In this document: in pieces, positions 1 through 11,520 of the stretch
Layout of the letters: each line of letters starts with the position of its first letter
How positions within the stretch are numbered: position 1 is the first letter of the stretch
From: Leucoraja ocellata
Taxonomy: Eukaryota
DNA length: 64,000 nt
Direction: 5' to 3'
Assembly (NCBI GenBank): GCA_036785375.1
Contig: JAWMAR010000013.1
Coordinates: forward strand, 310,001-374,000
Program-made: the position numbers and the translations under genes
Notes under the pieces: model-generated
Told to the model about the DNA's origin: nothing
What the model saw: the letters and a program-made list of their open reading frames with translations, nothing else
Database searches by the model: none

Positions 1-226
1 GCCACCTGCCAGAATTTAGGTTTCTCCAACTAGATTGATGTGTATTGGACCTGTGGAGCCCAGTGCCACCTCACACCTTTTAACTAGAAATTAATTCCTA
101 CAATAAAGGGTAAAATGTACATATTAACGAACACATTCCCACTTTAGGTCAACCCTGATCATTAAAAAAAGTAAATAAAAATGCAATGATAAGAGTTTAG
201 ATTTGTGTCTCTGATGTACTTTGTTA

Positions 227-432
227 AGCCCGTCCCACACATGACCTTGGCACGCTAATTACGCGACCTTGTCGTCGCGTTGAGGTGCGACGGTCCCGCG
301 AGAATCGCGCGCAACTTCATGCGACTGCACAGCCGTCTGGAGCGCGTGACGTCATTTGAAGAGGGACACAAAATGCAGGAGTAACTCCGCGGGACCAGCA
401 GCATCTCTGGAGAAGCAATGGGTGATGTTTGC
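227..432 (+). mobile_element. Truncated PIF/Harbinger-type MITE (left end) running into a Penelope-like repeat fragment
   Basis: TTA|AGCCCGTCCCAC start resembles the TIR core (G/C)CCTGTCCCAC of the other MITEs in the window; CpG-rich body; from ~362 the sequence matches the GACACAAAATGCTGGAGTAACTC repeat; no right TIR found. Confidence 0.5.
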
Positions 433-3205
433 ACCCATTGCAATAAGATTGTTTGGCTCTGAATACACTAGACGCCAAGAATTATCGTACAAAACCAAAT
501 CTGCCACACACACTTTCTGTTGACATATTTACTGCTATACAACTTTGTAGATTTTTACAAGTTGGACAATAGAGTGCAAGGCAAGGATTGGGAATAGATA
601 TGAATAAGTAACAACAAATAATCATCTATTTACATCATATCCAAGTTCAAAAGACAGATCACAAAACAAAATTACTACATTTTTTGATGCTTCAGTCTTG
701 ATATTTTCCAAGGATCTGGAAGTTCCAACTGTCATATTTGAAAAAATACTACAAATTGGATAATGCACTTCCTGAAGCTGTCAGGCAGATCAAGAGCTGG
801 TAAATTTTGACAGTTTTATAACCAACTTTTAATACAGCACAGCTACCCGAGATCAAGAAAAGATTCCAGTAACAAACTAAATCATAATTTTGAAGCAAGG
901 TGTGTTTAATATGAAACAAAGGCCTCCTTAACATCATTATAGTACGTTTTTAGTTTGCCCCTCATTCTCTTACATTTATTCCCAATCCATGGCTTTCCAG
1001 TGCTTTTTTAATCTAAAATACACATTTGAATATCATTTATCTTACCAATTACATTCTGACAAACTATTTATGATACCCAAAAATACATCGTGATTTTTGC
1101 TTAGCTTAATCCACAACAGGCATTTCTAGGAAATATTGGATTTGGGTCCTCCTGTGCATTTCATCTATATCTTCAGCTTGTGCCTCCCACCTAAAATGTC
1201 AATTTTCTACCCAACTGCTCCTTTTGCTCAGCCAAACCTTCTGAAGTATTAAAAATATGCTCCTTGATGCTTACCAAATCCTTTACCATTTCAATGTCCT
1301 TTCTACAAATTCAATATTATATTCCATGTCCAAATCCAAAACATCAACACCAACAGCCGAAAAGTCAGCCAACCCTAAACCGTGCACACAGCTTTCAACT
1401 CATCGATTCACATTTATCTCATGGATTTTCCAGCAAACTGCCCGTCCATGTTGCAACATGTCTTATATTACACAGCTGTACTTTTTTTTTTTTTTAAAGA
1501 AAACATGAAAAATATTTGAACAATTTTTGGTATCAGAGTCAGCATCGTCCACCCTACTACAATATCATTTTCAAAGAAAATATGCCCCACTTCATCCACT
1601 TCGTATTTGATTAGATACATTTCAAATAAAAACTTCAAATCCAATGCATAATTTTAGGACAACAATTAAGAAAGTAAATCAAACGTTTTCACTAAAATTA
1701 AATGAAGACACTAACTTCTATTCACTTGTAGAAATTCAATACGCATCACTAAAAGAACATGAAAAATATACAAAATCTGACCATTTGCGAGGAATCAAAC
1801 ATAATCATACAGTAAAAATTTAATCAATTATACAATGTAAAGAGTAACACCAAAACTACAGGAAAGCCAATTTCATCTTATAAAAATGTAATCTAAATGT
1901 ACTTCGAAAAAAAAATACGGCCCCTGCTCCCCCTTCCCCATCTATCTGAAAGAGGGTCATGGATTGCAAGCAATTCAATATTATCAGATTTTAAACTTCG
2001 CACTCACTTTAATGAAAGCTTTTGACATAGTGAGTGATATGGCCACGTTGGCTTGAACAATGTCTGCTACCACTATTTGAAACTTAATTACAGAGGCACT
2101 CAAGTTAATTTGATAAAACCATGTGCAATACGAGTTACCCAACCTCCGAGTGGCACATTTCAGGGATATTACTGAGAAAAATTAAAGTCTCTGCAAAGTC
2201 AACAGTTTATCTCATATTTTTTCAGGGCGACAACTGTCCAGCATTGGTGACCTCATGCTATCTCCTTTACATTCCTCGGATTTCTCTTGACACACTCCAT
2301 ATGCTGCTGCTGATCCGCTACCTCCCTACCAAGGAAAATGAACTTAAAATATTCTGTTGACATTGATATGGGAACTAAATTATGCCAATTAATAAGCAAA
2401 TACAATGGCAGCCTCCAATCCTGCTCTGCCCTTGGCTCATTTAAACTTAACGAAAAATTCAACTGAAATTATGGATTTAGTGTGACAGAGGAAAAGAAGA
2501 TGTGATGCTGACTGAATCAGAGATGGAACAATCTTGTCACATGGAGTTGAATCACTGCAATGTACATAGCAATGTACAGACAGCACCGGACATCAACGCA
2601 CAAACATGCAGTAATGTCACGAAGTCTGCATCCACCTCCCCATAAATCAGTGGCATCTGCAAGACAGCCAGAGGAAGGGTGGCTGGAATGACGGGGTGGT
2701 CATTCCTCCCCTTCTCCTTCACTTGCGCAACACATCTCTCTGAACTTCCCAGACCGTCTTCTCACCCCATCACCGCCCCTCATTCATCTTTCTCTCCCAG
2801 GAGAGCCGCTGGCGATGCTCGATGCATTGAAGCATTCAGGCAGGGGGCGTGTGACATGATTACAGCCCGGATGCCACCGGCGCAAAGCTGCTCCCCTGAC
2901 CGACTCTTACAATATCAGCGCGTCCCGGTGAGTGACCAGCGACTCTGCCGGAGAGGAATGTACTGGCACCCCCCCATCCCCCGAGAGTGGCAGTAGTACA
3001 CTTCCCCGCAATGTCAATGATTATAGACGTGATGTAAATAAATAAATAAGTGATGCGCCAGAGCAGCTGAACGGGGACCCCGAGGCCTACCGAGCACCAG
3101 GAGCCTCGGACTCTCGTGCGGACAGAGGCAGCCCGGGTCCCCGCTCGGGGCTCTGTGACCTTCATGGCCCGGTCCCCGGGCCCTCCGATGGCGCCCGTCC
3201 CTCAC

Positions 3206-3230
3206 CTGGTTTTTCCAGCTTGCCGGACAT
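3206..3230 (-). CDS. Probable first coding exon (MSGKLEKP + phase-1 G) of an unidentified gene; the rest lies left of the window
   Basis: Minus strand reads GGGAA ATG TCC GGC AAG CTG GAA AAA CCA G|GTGAGG: purine at -3, consensus donor, inside the CpG island after a GC-rich putative 5' UTR (~3231-3470). The peptide is too short to identify. Confidence 0.55.
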
Positions 3231-3508
3231 TTCCCGGCCCCGGCCCTGGCCGCGCCGCTCCCGCCGGACAGCCCGCGCTCACTCGATCCCCATCGTGTCG
3301 CGGCGCCGCGGCTGTGCCCGCTCCACCAACGGCCAGGGTGAGGTGAGGTAAGGTGAGGATGCCGCGGTCTCTCTCTCGCTCGCTCAGCCCCGAAGTTACA
3401 GCAGCGGGAGGACGGCACCCACAGAGAAGGACTTTTAAAAAAGAAAAGCCCGTCTGAAGGCTGAGCCCGCCCCGTTCGGCCGCCACAGCGCGCCCAGAGC
3501 CGCCGCAG

Positions 3509-3810
3509 CGCCCCTGCGGGTAGGAGGTTGGAACTACCCGTGACTCGCCCAGCGGTTGACGCACCGCACCGCCCCGCCCCTGTGGTAGGAGGCTGGAACT
3601 ACCCGGGACTCGCCCAGCGGTCGACGCTCCGCACCGCCCCTATGGCGGGAGGCTAGAATTACCCGGGACTCGCACAGCGATCTACCCAAAGATCCTATAA
3701 CAGAGCTATAGGTCGCCCCTGCGGGTGGGAGGTTGAAACTACCGGAGCTCGCTCAGCGGTCGCCCACATCGTCCCTGGGGGTGGGAAGCTGCAACCATCC
3801 TGCCTCGCCT
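3509..3810. repeat. ~60-bp degenerate tandem repeat (about 5 units) in the promoter
   Basis: Unit approx CGCCCCTGCGGGTAGGAGGTTGGAACTACCCGGGACTCGCCCAGCGGTCGACGCACCGCAC, starting at ~3509, 3575, 3635, 3714 and 3770. Confidence 0.85.
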
Positions 3811-5914
3811 CCGCCGCGCCAATTGTCTAATTCTTTATTACAAAGTAAACAAATTAAGAAATCTCCAGCATTTTCTGTATTTGTTTGATTTCTAAATATA
3901 TTTTACTGTTTTTCGTAAAAGTCCACCTTTAAAATAGAAGTCGTGTGAACGGGTGATCGATGGTTGACGTGAACCCTATGAGCACGTTTCCTTGCTGTAT
4001 TTCTTTAAAAAATGTCTCCTCTCTTCAATAAAACTTTCATTTGTCTTTTTTTATGTGTTAATTGGTTTGTGTTTTGCTCGGGTATCAAGCAAAACTCTAG
4101 TAAAACTGTCATCTCCCCAATCTTTCACTTCGTCTTATATCTTTCCGTTTCGTAAGTCCTCCTTGACTTTTTCTAACTTTATCCACTTCTGTGAAAACTT
4201 CCCGCATTTGATGTGCAACATCAGCATTTTAGTTGAGTCACAATAGTGCTTAATATTTCTAGGTATTTTGCTATTACCACACCCGTGTATAAAAAAAGGC
4301 ATTGCCTACTCAGTTCCACATTTATCAGCTAGGGCGCCAGCATATTTTATCCTTTAACTCTTTAAGTGACATTTTCTGATTAATTTGAGACAAAATCATT
4401 AATAAATGGCTGCCTGATTTAATCTTCAACTCTACCCTTCAATTTGGTGTCTGCAATTACAGAAGAGGTTGACATGTTTTTTACTATTATGAGTGTCACA
4501 TTAAATAATTAAACATTTGATTTATTATTTGTTCTTTGAGCATGTTGTTATTTTGAGTTGCCCGGGTGTCTATCGCAAACTGATTCATCCATATATAATT
4601 CTAGACGTTCAGCAAATATCTAACATCATTATTTCAGCTCTGGAGCTGCTTGCATTAATTGCCTCAATCGTGTTTTTTCCCCAAAGTCTTTATATACTTT
4701 GTTCCTCTGAACTCCCCGGAGATGTCTGGTATACCACCAGGGATATACCTGCCACAATTTTAGAACCTATTATTTGGATTGAAAATAATTAAATACAGGG
4801 CACAAAAACAAAATACTGCAGATGGTGGAACTTTGAAATATAAACAAAAGGTCTTAAAATTGATGAGGCTGCATCTGTAGAAGGAATACAATAGATCTAA
4901 AATGAAGCATGCAATAATGTAAATGTATAACAGGTCACTTAGGATTTAAAAAGAGAAGAACAATGTTCTAGAAATTGTTTCCAAACAGTACAGTGCAGTA
5001 TAATGTGCATGTTGCTGGAAGTGTGAGAAGAATAGGGAATAGCTACGGGAAATAGGGAAGTTCAGTGTGTGATAGAACCATAGAACCTGTAACACGCCCC
5101 ATTAATCCAAGATTTATGAATAGAGAAATAAAGTATGAAGGAATGAGGAGGGCAAAATAGTCAAATTAAACACTTTTAAGATTTGATTAAGAGGAAATAA
5201 ACCAAGCAAGAGAAAAGTAGAAATGTTACACTATTAATTCCCAACATCACCTTGAGAAATTTCTGAACTGGCTTGCTTGGTAGCCACTGAAAATTACACT
5301 GTTAAATTCTATACTTTGCGTGTCAAGTTTTCTGGTCATACAATATACAAAAACAGCAATTCTGTGAAATTCACCGGTGAAACTTAAGATCCTGTTTTTC
5401 TGAAGCCGAAAACAGAGTGGTGTAAGCCGTTGTACAATTTGTGGTGATTTTCAATTCAGTGTTCCTTTTCTTTACTGCAAGTAATTCAAATTTGTTTTTT
5501 TAGCAAAAGTTTAAAAGCGATATGCTGAAGTTTGACAAAGATTAAAGTGTACAAGTCAGCGAAGAAGGTCAGATGAATATCTTACTGTTTTTCTTCAACA
5601 ATAAAGAAACTATTAATCAAGAGACTGTGTTATGAAGATTTCTCTTTTGAGAAGCTCTGAAAGTCTCATGGAGAGCTAATACGACATTCTCCTAACCCCA
5701 TATTGTCTCCTAAGTGGCTAGAGGGAGCAGTCTCTTGAACTATATAATAATCTGCCACTACAGATGTACTGAATTCCACATGAGGTCATAGGAGAGAGTG
5801 ACAGTTCAGAAGAGTATGATGGGTGTAAATGAAGGAACCTATACTTCAAGTCACAGTGGATTTGGATGAGTTAGGCAATTTGATTCACTTTTTATATCCT
5901 GAATGGTTGTTAAA

Positions 5915-6755
5915 TCTATCTATCTATCTAATCTATCTAATCAATCTAATCTATCTCTAAAAATCTGATCTTATTATCTTGCGGTTTGGCAGTCTTTCTA
6001 TTTGCGCAAAAACGGTCCGCGATAACGCTACGATTTTTTCGACAGTTCACTCACCATTCTCCTATGCTGCGAATGCACCAAGTTTCGTTCGATTGGTGAA
6101 TGTCGTAAAAGTTAGCGAGGTTTAAAAATCTTAAAAACCGCGTGTGCACAGATCGATCTCTTCTCCAGCCAGTCAGAGCCGCGTGGTTAGTCTCTTCCCC
6201 GTCACTCCCTGGGATGGTCCGCCCCTTCCTGCGCCATCGTGTCTTTACTGGAGCTGAGGATGGCCGGCGAAGGTTTCCAACCAAACTTTCGGAGGGACCC
6301 GAAGCAGCCCAGCAGCAGCCCAGTCCAGCCCCGCCCCAAGCAGCAGCCCCACCCCAAGCAGCAGCCCAGCCCTAAGCAGCAGCAGACCCCCCCCCCCAAG
6401 CAGCAACCCAGCCCCAAGGAGCACCCCTCTCCCCCCACAACTCCCACCCACACACCCCTCTAACCCCATACAACTCCCCCGCCCACACACCCCTACACAA
6501 GCCCCCCTGCCCACACACCCCCCGCCCACACACACACACCCGCCCACACACATCCCCCTCCCCCACAACCCCCCTCTCCACCATAACCCATGAGGGGAAA
6601 TGAGACGGGCCTGCGCAGTTATGGGCTATGGGTGAGTGGTGGAATATTGCGTTGGGGGAACGGGTGAGTGGTGGAATATTGTGTTGGGGAATGGGTTGCG
6701 TTGGGGGACCAGGCCTCCCGTGTGACTGGGACCCAACGGGTCCCACTTAGTCTAG
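5915..6755 (+). mobile_element. Non-autonomous Helitron (rolling-circle transposon)
   Basis: 5' A|TC (TCTATCTATC...), 3' CTAG|T (6752-6755), subterminal hairpin TGGGACCC-AAC-GGGTCCCA (6727-6745), no TSD. The interior is CpG-rich with an 18-bp repeat (CCCAAGCAGCAGCCCAGC) and a C/A-rich tract. Confidence 0.8.
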
Positions 6756-7349
6756 TACCTATTAAATGCTGACCATAAATTATGGGTAGCAGGAACATAG
6801 ATGCATAGAATGTAGATGGTGTCAGACATTCAATATGATCATGTTGGATCCTCCATCTCAATACATATTCTTCCTCTCTCCTTAGCCTTATCTCATTCAT
6901 TCCTTAGCCATTAACTATCAATTGACATGCTATTAAATGAAACTCCAAAATCTCTAACTGTCACGTGTCCCATTTACCTTCATAAACTCCTTCATTTAGC
7001 TTTGGGATCCTTGATTAATTTGAACGTTTTAATGCAAATTCAAACATGTTAAGATCATCCTTCTTTAATGAACATTAATATTAGAACATTAACTAACCCT
7101 TTCTCGTCACACAACACCCAGTCTAGGATAGCACTTTCCTCAATCGGCTGCTCACAACACTGATCTAAAAAGCCTTCCCATTACACACTTCAGTTCTTCC
7201 TCCACAGTTCAATTGATCATTTGATTTATCCAGTTTATATGTAGATCTGAGTCACCCATGATTGCTGATGTTTGAAGCATGTCTCTTTAATTTCCTATTT
7301 GATCTTTCCCTTTCACTACCATTACTGTTTGAAGGTCTATTCACAGCCC

Positions 7350-8815
7350 CTGATAAATCCCCAGGGCCTGATGTTCTGCATCCCAGGGTACTTAAGGAAG
7401 TGGCTACAGAAATTATGGACGCATTGGTGATTATTTTCCAATGTTCTATAGATTCAGGATCAGTTCCTGTAGATTGGAGGGTAGCTAATGTTAACCCACT
7501 TTTTAAGAAAGGCGGGAGAGAGTAAACGGGGAATTATAGATCTGTTAGCCTGACATCGGTGGTGGTGAAGATGCTGGAGTCAATTATAAAAGATGAACTA
7601 GCGGCACATTTGGATAGCAGTAACAGGATTGGTCTGACTCAGCATGGATTTACGAAGGGGAAATCATGCTTGACTAAACTTCTGGAATTATCTGAGGATG
7701 TAACTAGGAAAATAGACAAGGGAGAGCCAGTGGATGTAGTGCACCTGGTATTGGGGGTAGGGTATTGACATGGATAGAAAATTGGTTGGCAGACAGGAAA
7801 CAAAGAGTGGGGACTAACAAGTCCCGTTCAGAATGGCAGGCAGTGACTAGTGAGGCTTGGTGCTGGGACTGCAGCTATTTACAATATACATTAATGATTT
7901 AGATGAAGGGATTAAAAGTAACATTAGCAAATTTGCAGATGACTCAAAGCAGAATGACCTGTGAGGATGCAGGGTGTCTTGGACAGGTTGGGTGAGTGGG
8001 CAGATGCATGGCAGATGCAGTTTAATGTGGATAAATGTGAGGTTATCTACTTTGGTAGCTAAAACAGGAAGGCAGATTATTATCTGAATGGTGTCAAGTT
8101 GGGAAAAGGGGAAGTACAAGGAGATCTGGGTCCTTTACATCAGTCACTGAAAGTAAGCATGCAGGTACAGCAGGCAGTGAAGAAAGCTAATGACATGTTG
8201 GCCTTCAGAACAAGAGGAGTTGAGTATAGGAGCAAAGAGGTCCTTCTGCAGTTGTACAGGGCCCTAGTGAGACCACACCTGGAGTATTGTGTGCAGTTTT
8301 CGTCTCCAAATTTGAGGAAGGACATTCTTGATATTGAGCGAGTGCAGCGTAGGTTCACGAGGTTAATTCCTGGGATGGCCAGACTGTCATATATTGATAG
8401 AATGGAGCGGCTGGGCTTGTGCACTCTGGAATTTAGAAGGATGAGAGGGCATCTTATTGAAACATATAAGATTATTAAGGGATCGGACACGCTAGAGGCA
8501 GGAAACGTTCCCGATGTTGGGGGAGTCCAAAACCAGGGGCCACAGTTTAAGAATAAGGGGTAGGCCATTTAGAACGGAGATGAGGAAAAACTTTTTCACC
8601 CAGTGAGTTGTGAATCTGTGGAATTCTCTGCCTCAGAAGGCAGTGGAGGCTAATTCTCTGGATGCTTTCAAGATGGAGTTAAAGATATCGGAGTGAGGGG
8701 ATATGGTGAGAAGGCAGGAACGGGATACTGAATATGGATGATCAGCCATGATCAGAGGGATGGTGGTGCTGGCTCGAAGGGCCGAATAGTCTACTCCTGC
8801 ACCTATTGTCTGTTG
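7350..8815 (+). mobile_element. CR1 LINE, 5'-truncated, decayed ORF2 reverse transcriptase plus 3' UTR
   Basis: Translations DKSPGPD.LHPRVLKEVA, DWRVANV.PLFKKG, QHGFTKGKSCLT, KFADD, LYRALVRPHLEYCVQF; frameshifts and stops; CR1 3' end GGTGCTGGCTCGAAGGGCCGAAT...CTCCTGCACCTATTGTC. Confidence 0.95.
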
Positions 8816-8902
8816 ACTTTGCTTCTTGGTAATTCTTAGCTCCATCCAGATTGATAGCACAGTTATCCCTTACTAATAGCACCACCCAACCTTTTATCTA
8901 TC

Positions 8903-9135
8903 TGTTTATTTATTTATTTATTTTATTATTTGTTTCGAACAGAATAAAAGAACAAAAAGCAGATGTGAAACAGCATACAAAAAACAAAACAAAAACACTT
9001 ATAAAGTGTCACAAACAATATCTATAAATAAATGAAATCATATGTGTCCGAAAAGGAGCAGGAAGAAGCCAAAGCTTATTAATTTCCACCCCTTATTCAA
9101 CTGCTTGTAATTATCTTATACAAATTTAGCAGCTA
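8903..9135 (-). mobile_element. 3' end of a LINE (L2/Crack-like) with (TAAA)n tail
   Basis: TTTA-repeat tail followed by CCGAAAAGGAGCAGGAAGAAG; short direct repeat ACCTTTTAT on both sides. Clade assignment is from memory. Confidence 0.4.
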
Positions 9136-10751
9136 CCTTTATTTCCATTTTACACAACCTTTCCAAACATTAAATATCAGAGGATATTTATCTCCCAGCC
9201 TTAGTTTCCCTGTGGCTAAGTTTCCATTATAGCAATCAGAAGCCTATCTGTGCTCTTAATTTGACCACCTTTTCACAAACCCCTGGCACTTTGAGATACA
9301 GCAATTGTAATTTAATTGCAGATTGGAAATAAATCCAATTGGAAGAAATTAAAAGTCACTGAGATAATCTATAGCAGGGATAGTCCGTGAGATAGAAACC
9401 CAGCGTGTAATAATAATAAAAAATGCACTTCGAATTGGCTGGTCTCAGAAAACTGTGGGGAGAGCTGTGCAAGAGGCACTTCTGGCTTATCTCTCATCTG
9501 TCCATGGAGCACTGATAAAATGTTTTACAACAATGCAAACAATACCATGACATGGAAAACATCTTCATTGCTGGTAATGAAAATGCAGTCACATTGCACG
9601 AGAGGCAGACCACAAGCCATTTCATTGCTACTGTCACGGAGATGAAGGGGGTGACTTTGGTCTCGTGGCTTCCTCAAATACACCATGCAGCATCTTGAAA
9701 GGCAGTGTGATGGGGGGGGAGGTCACAAAGAGGACACCATAATCAGATATTGGCCATTTGGTTTGCAAACATTTTTTTTTAATGAAGGACAAAGGGAAGG
9801 TTCGCAGTCTGGGACAATTTTGCCATTGTGTCATTTCCAAAGGGGGATTTACTGTTGCTTTCTTTGCAGTGCAACAGAGAATCCAGAATGCCATTTAGCT
9901 TTCTCCCACCTCACCTAATGGTGAGAGTAAATAGAAATCTCTGGTGAAATGAAATTTAGAATTACATGACTTGTGTAAATGAACAGAAAACTGCAGAGGA
10001 ACACACTAGGGACAATGTCTTTGTGCTAAATTCTCCTGCAAGAAACTGTAACTCTGTAACATTGTTTTTTCAGTTCCCATCTGATAGTCAATGAATTTAT
10101 AAGCTATATAATTTATAAGCCATTCGGCCCTTTGAGCCAGTACCGCCATTCAATATGATCATGGCTGATCATCCAAAATCAGTACCCCGTTCCTGCTTTT
10201 TCCCCCTTATCCCTTGATTACATTAGCATTGAGCTAAATCCAAATCACTCTTGAAACCATCCAGTGAATTGGCCTCCACTGCCTTCTGCAGCAGAGAATT
10301 CCACAGATTCACAACTCTCAGGGTTAAGGGTGTTTCCTCATCTCATTCCTAAATGGCCTACCCCTTATTCTTAAACTATGACCCCTGGTTATGGACTCCC
10401 CCAACATTTTCCCTGCATCTAGCCTGTCCAATCCATTAAGAATGTTATATTTTTCTATAAGATCCTCTCTCATCCTTCCAGTGAATACAAGCCCAGTCGA
10501 CCCATTCTTTCATCATATGTCAGTCCCGCCATCCTGTGAATTGACCTGGTGAACCTACGCTGCACTCCTTCAATAGCAAGAATATACTTCCTCAAATTAA
10601 GAGACCAAAACTGCACACAATACTCCAGGTATGTTCTCACCAGGGCCCTGTACAACTAAATTCCTAAATTCAAATTCTCTCGCAATGGGGGCCACCTTGC
10701 CATTAGCTTTCTTCACTGCCTGCTGTAACTGCATGCTTACTTTCAGCGACT

Positions 10752-10890
10752 TCTACTTCTTGCGTATGGCGTGCACAGCCTAAAGTTGTAGGACAACTTG
10801 TTCTATTTGATCTTATTTGATTGGGCACGCCGGGTTGATTGCATTCGTCGAATCAGGGAGGACCATGTGAAGGTTGCAATCTTTCACCCC
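10752..10890 (-). mobile_element. ~140-bp ribozyme-headed non-autonomous retroelement, copy 1
   Basis: Flanked by TTTCAG(C/T)GACT direct repeats (10741-10751, 10891-10901), AAG-type tail, colinear end to end with 60385-60522. Confidence 0.9.
10837..10890 (-). ncRNA. Putative minimal HDV-like (CPEB3-type) ribozyme, partly decayed
   Basis: Minus strand: GGGGTGA AA GATTGCA ACC TTCACAT GGT CCTCCCT G ATTCGA CGAA TGCAATC = P1, J1/2, P2, P3, L3, P3', P1', short linker, J4/2 (CGAA), P2'. P2 7/7 and P3 3/3 pair; P1 starts with G.U and has 2 mismatches. Confidence 0.7.
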
Positions 10891-11129
10891 TTTCAGTGAC
10901 TGATGTACAAGGACACCCAGGCCTCGTTGCACCTCCCCTTCTCATAATCTGACACCATTCAGATCATAATCTGCCTTCCTGTTCTTGCCACCAAAGTGGA
11001 CAACCTCACATTTATCCACATTATACTGCATCTGCCCACTCACCCAACCTATCCAAGTCACCCTGCAGCCTCATAGCATCCTCCTCACAGCTCACTCTGC
11101 CACCCAGCATTGTGGCATCTGCAATAAGG

Positions 11130-11520
11130 ACATACAAACATGACAACAAGGCATACAAACAGTAACATTAATCAGGAGGACAGTGAAACTAGTCGGAGAA
11201 CTAGGGTGGGGGAGGGACGGAGAGAGTGGGAAAGCAAGGGTTACTTGAAGTTAGATAAATCAATATTCATACTGTTAGGCTTCAGTTGCCCAAGCGAAAT
11301 GGGAGGTGCTGTTCCTCCAATTTGCATTTTGGCCTCACACTGACAGTGGAGGAGGCCCAGGTCAGAAAGGTCAGTATGGGAATAAGAGGGGGGAGTTAAA
11401 GTGTTTAGGAACTGGGAGATTGCATACGCCTAGTTGGACTGAGCAGAGGTGTTAAGTGAAATGATCGCAGAGCATGAGCTTGGTCTCGCCGATATATGAC
11501 TCCACACCTAGAACAGCGGA
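11130..11520 (-). mobile_element. Penelope-like element fragment: GIY-YIG endonuclease C-terminus and 3' region
   Basis: Minus-strand translation RCSRCG..YIGETK...HF..HL.SV....LPVPKHFNSP..SHTDLS.LGLLHCQCEAKCKLEEQHL.FRLG.....MNIDLSNFK* with stop at 11241-11243; frameshifted. Confidence 0.85.

Larger units (their letters stand above)
3060..3820. promoter_or_regulatory. CpG island / promoter of the minus-strand gene
   Basis: Abrupt GC- and CpG-rich stretch in AT-rich flanks, several GC boxes (CCGCCCC), not similar to the repeat families seen elsewhere in the window. Confidence 0.85.
10119..11125 (-). mobile_element. CR1 LINE fragment interrupted by the 140-bp ribozyme element
   Basis: ORF 10470-10655 (YRALVRTYLEYCVQFWSLNLRK..AIEGVQRRFTR) is homologous to the 7350-8815 copy; CR1 sequence resumes after the insertion at 10891. 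Confidence 0.92.

Noticed and set aside
1275-1302. Possible 28-nt minus-strand exon (TAG|...|GTAAGC)
   Set aside because: Weak polypyrimidine tract, and it gives an in-frame TAA when joined to the phase-1 first exon.
3336-3358. Four tandem plus-strand splice-donor-like motifs (GGTGAG/GGTAAG) suggesting a divergent gene
   Set aside because: Explained as a pentamer repeat in the minus-strand 5' UTR; no downstream plus-strand coding exons were recognised. An antisense non-coding transcript cannot be excluded.
6142-6746. P/Q/K-rich and G/L-rich ORFs
   Set aside because: By-products of the 18-bp repeat and C-rich tract inside the Helitron.
8099-8563. 154-aa ORF as a host gene
   Set aside because: It is the CR1 ORF2 C-terminus within a frameshifted, truncated LINE.
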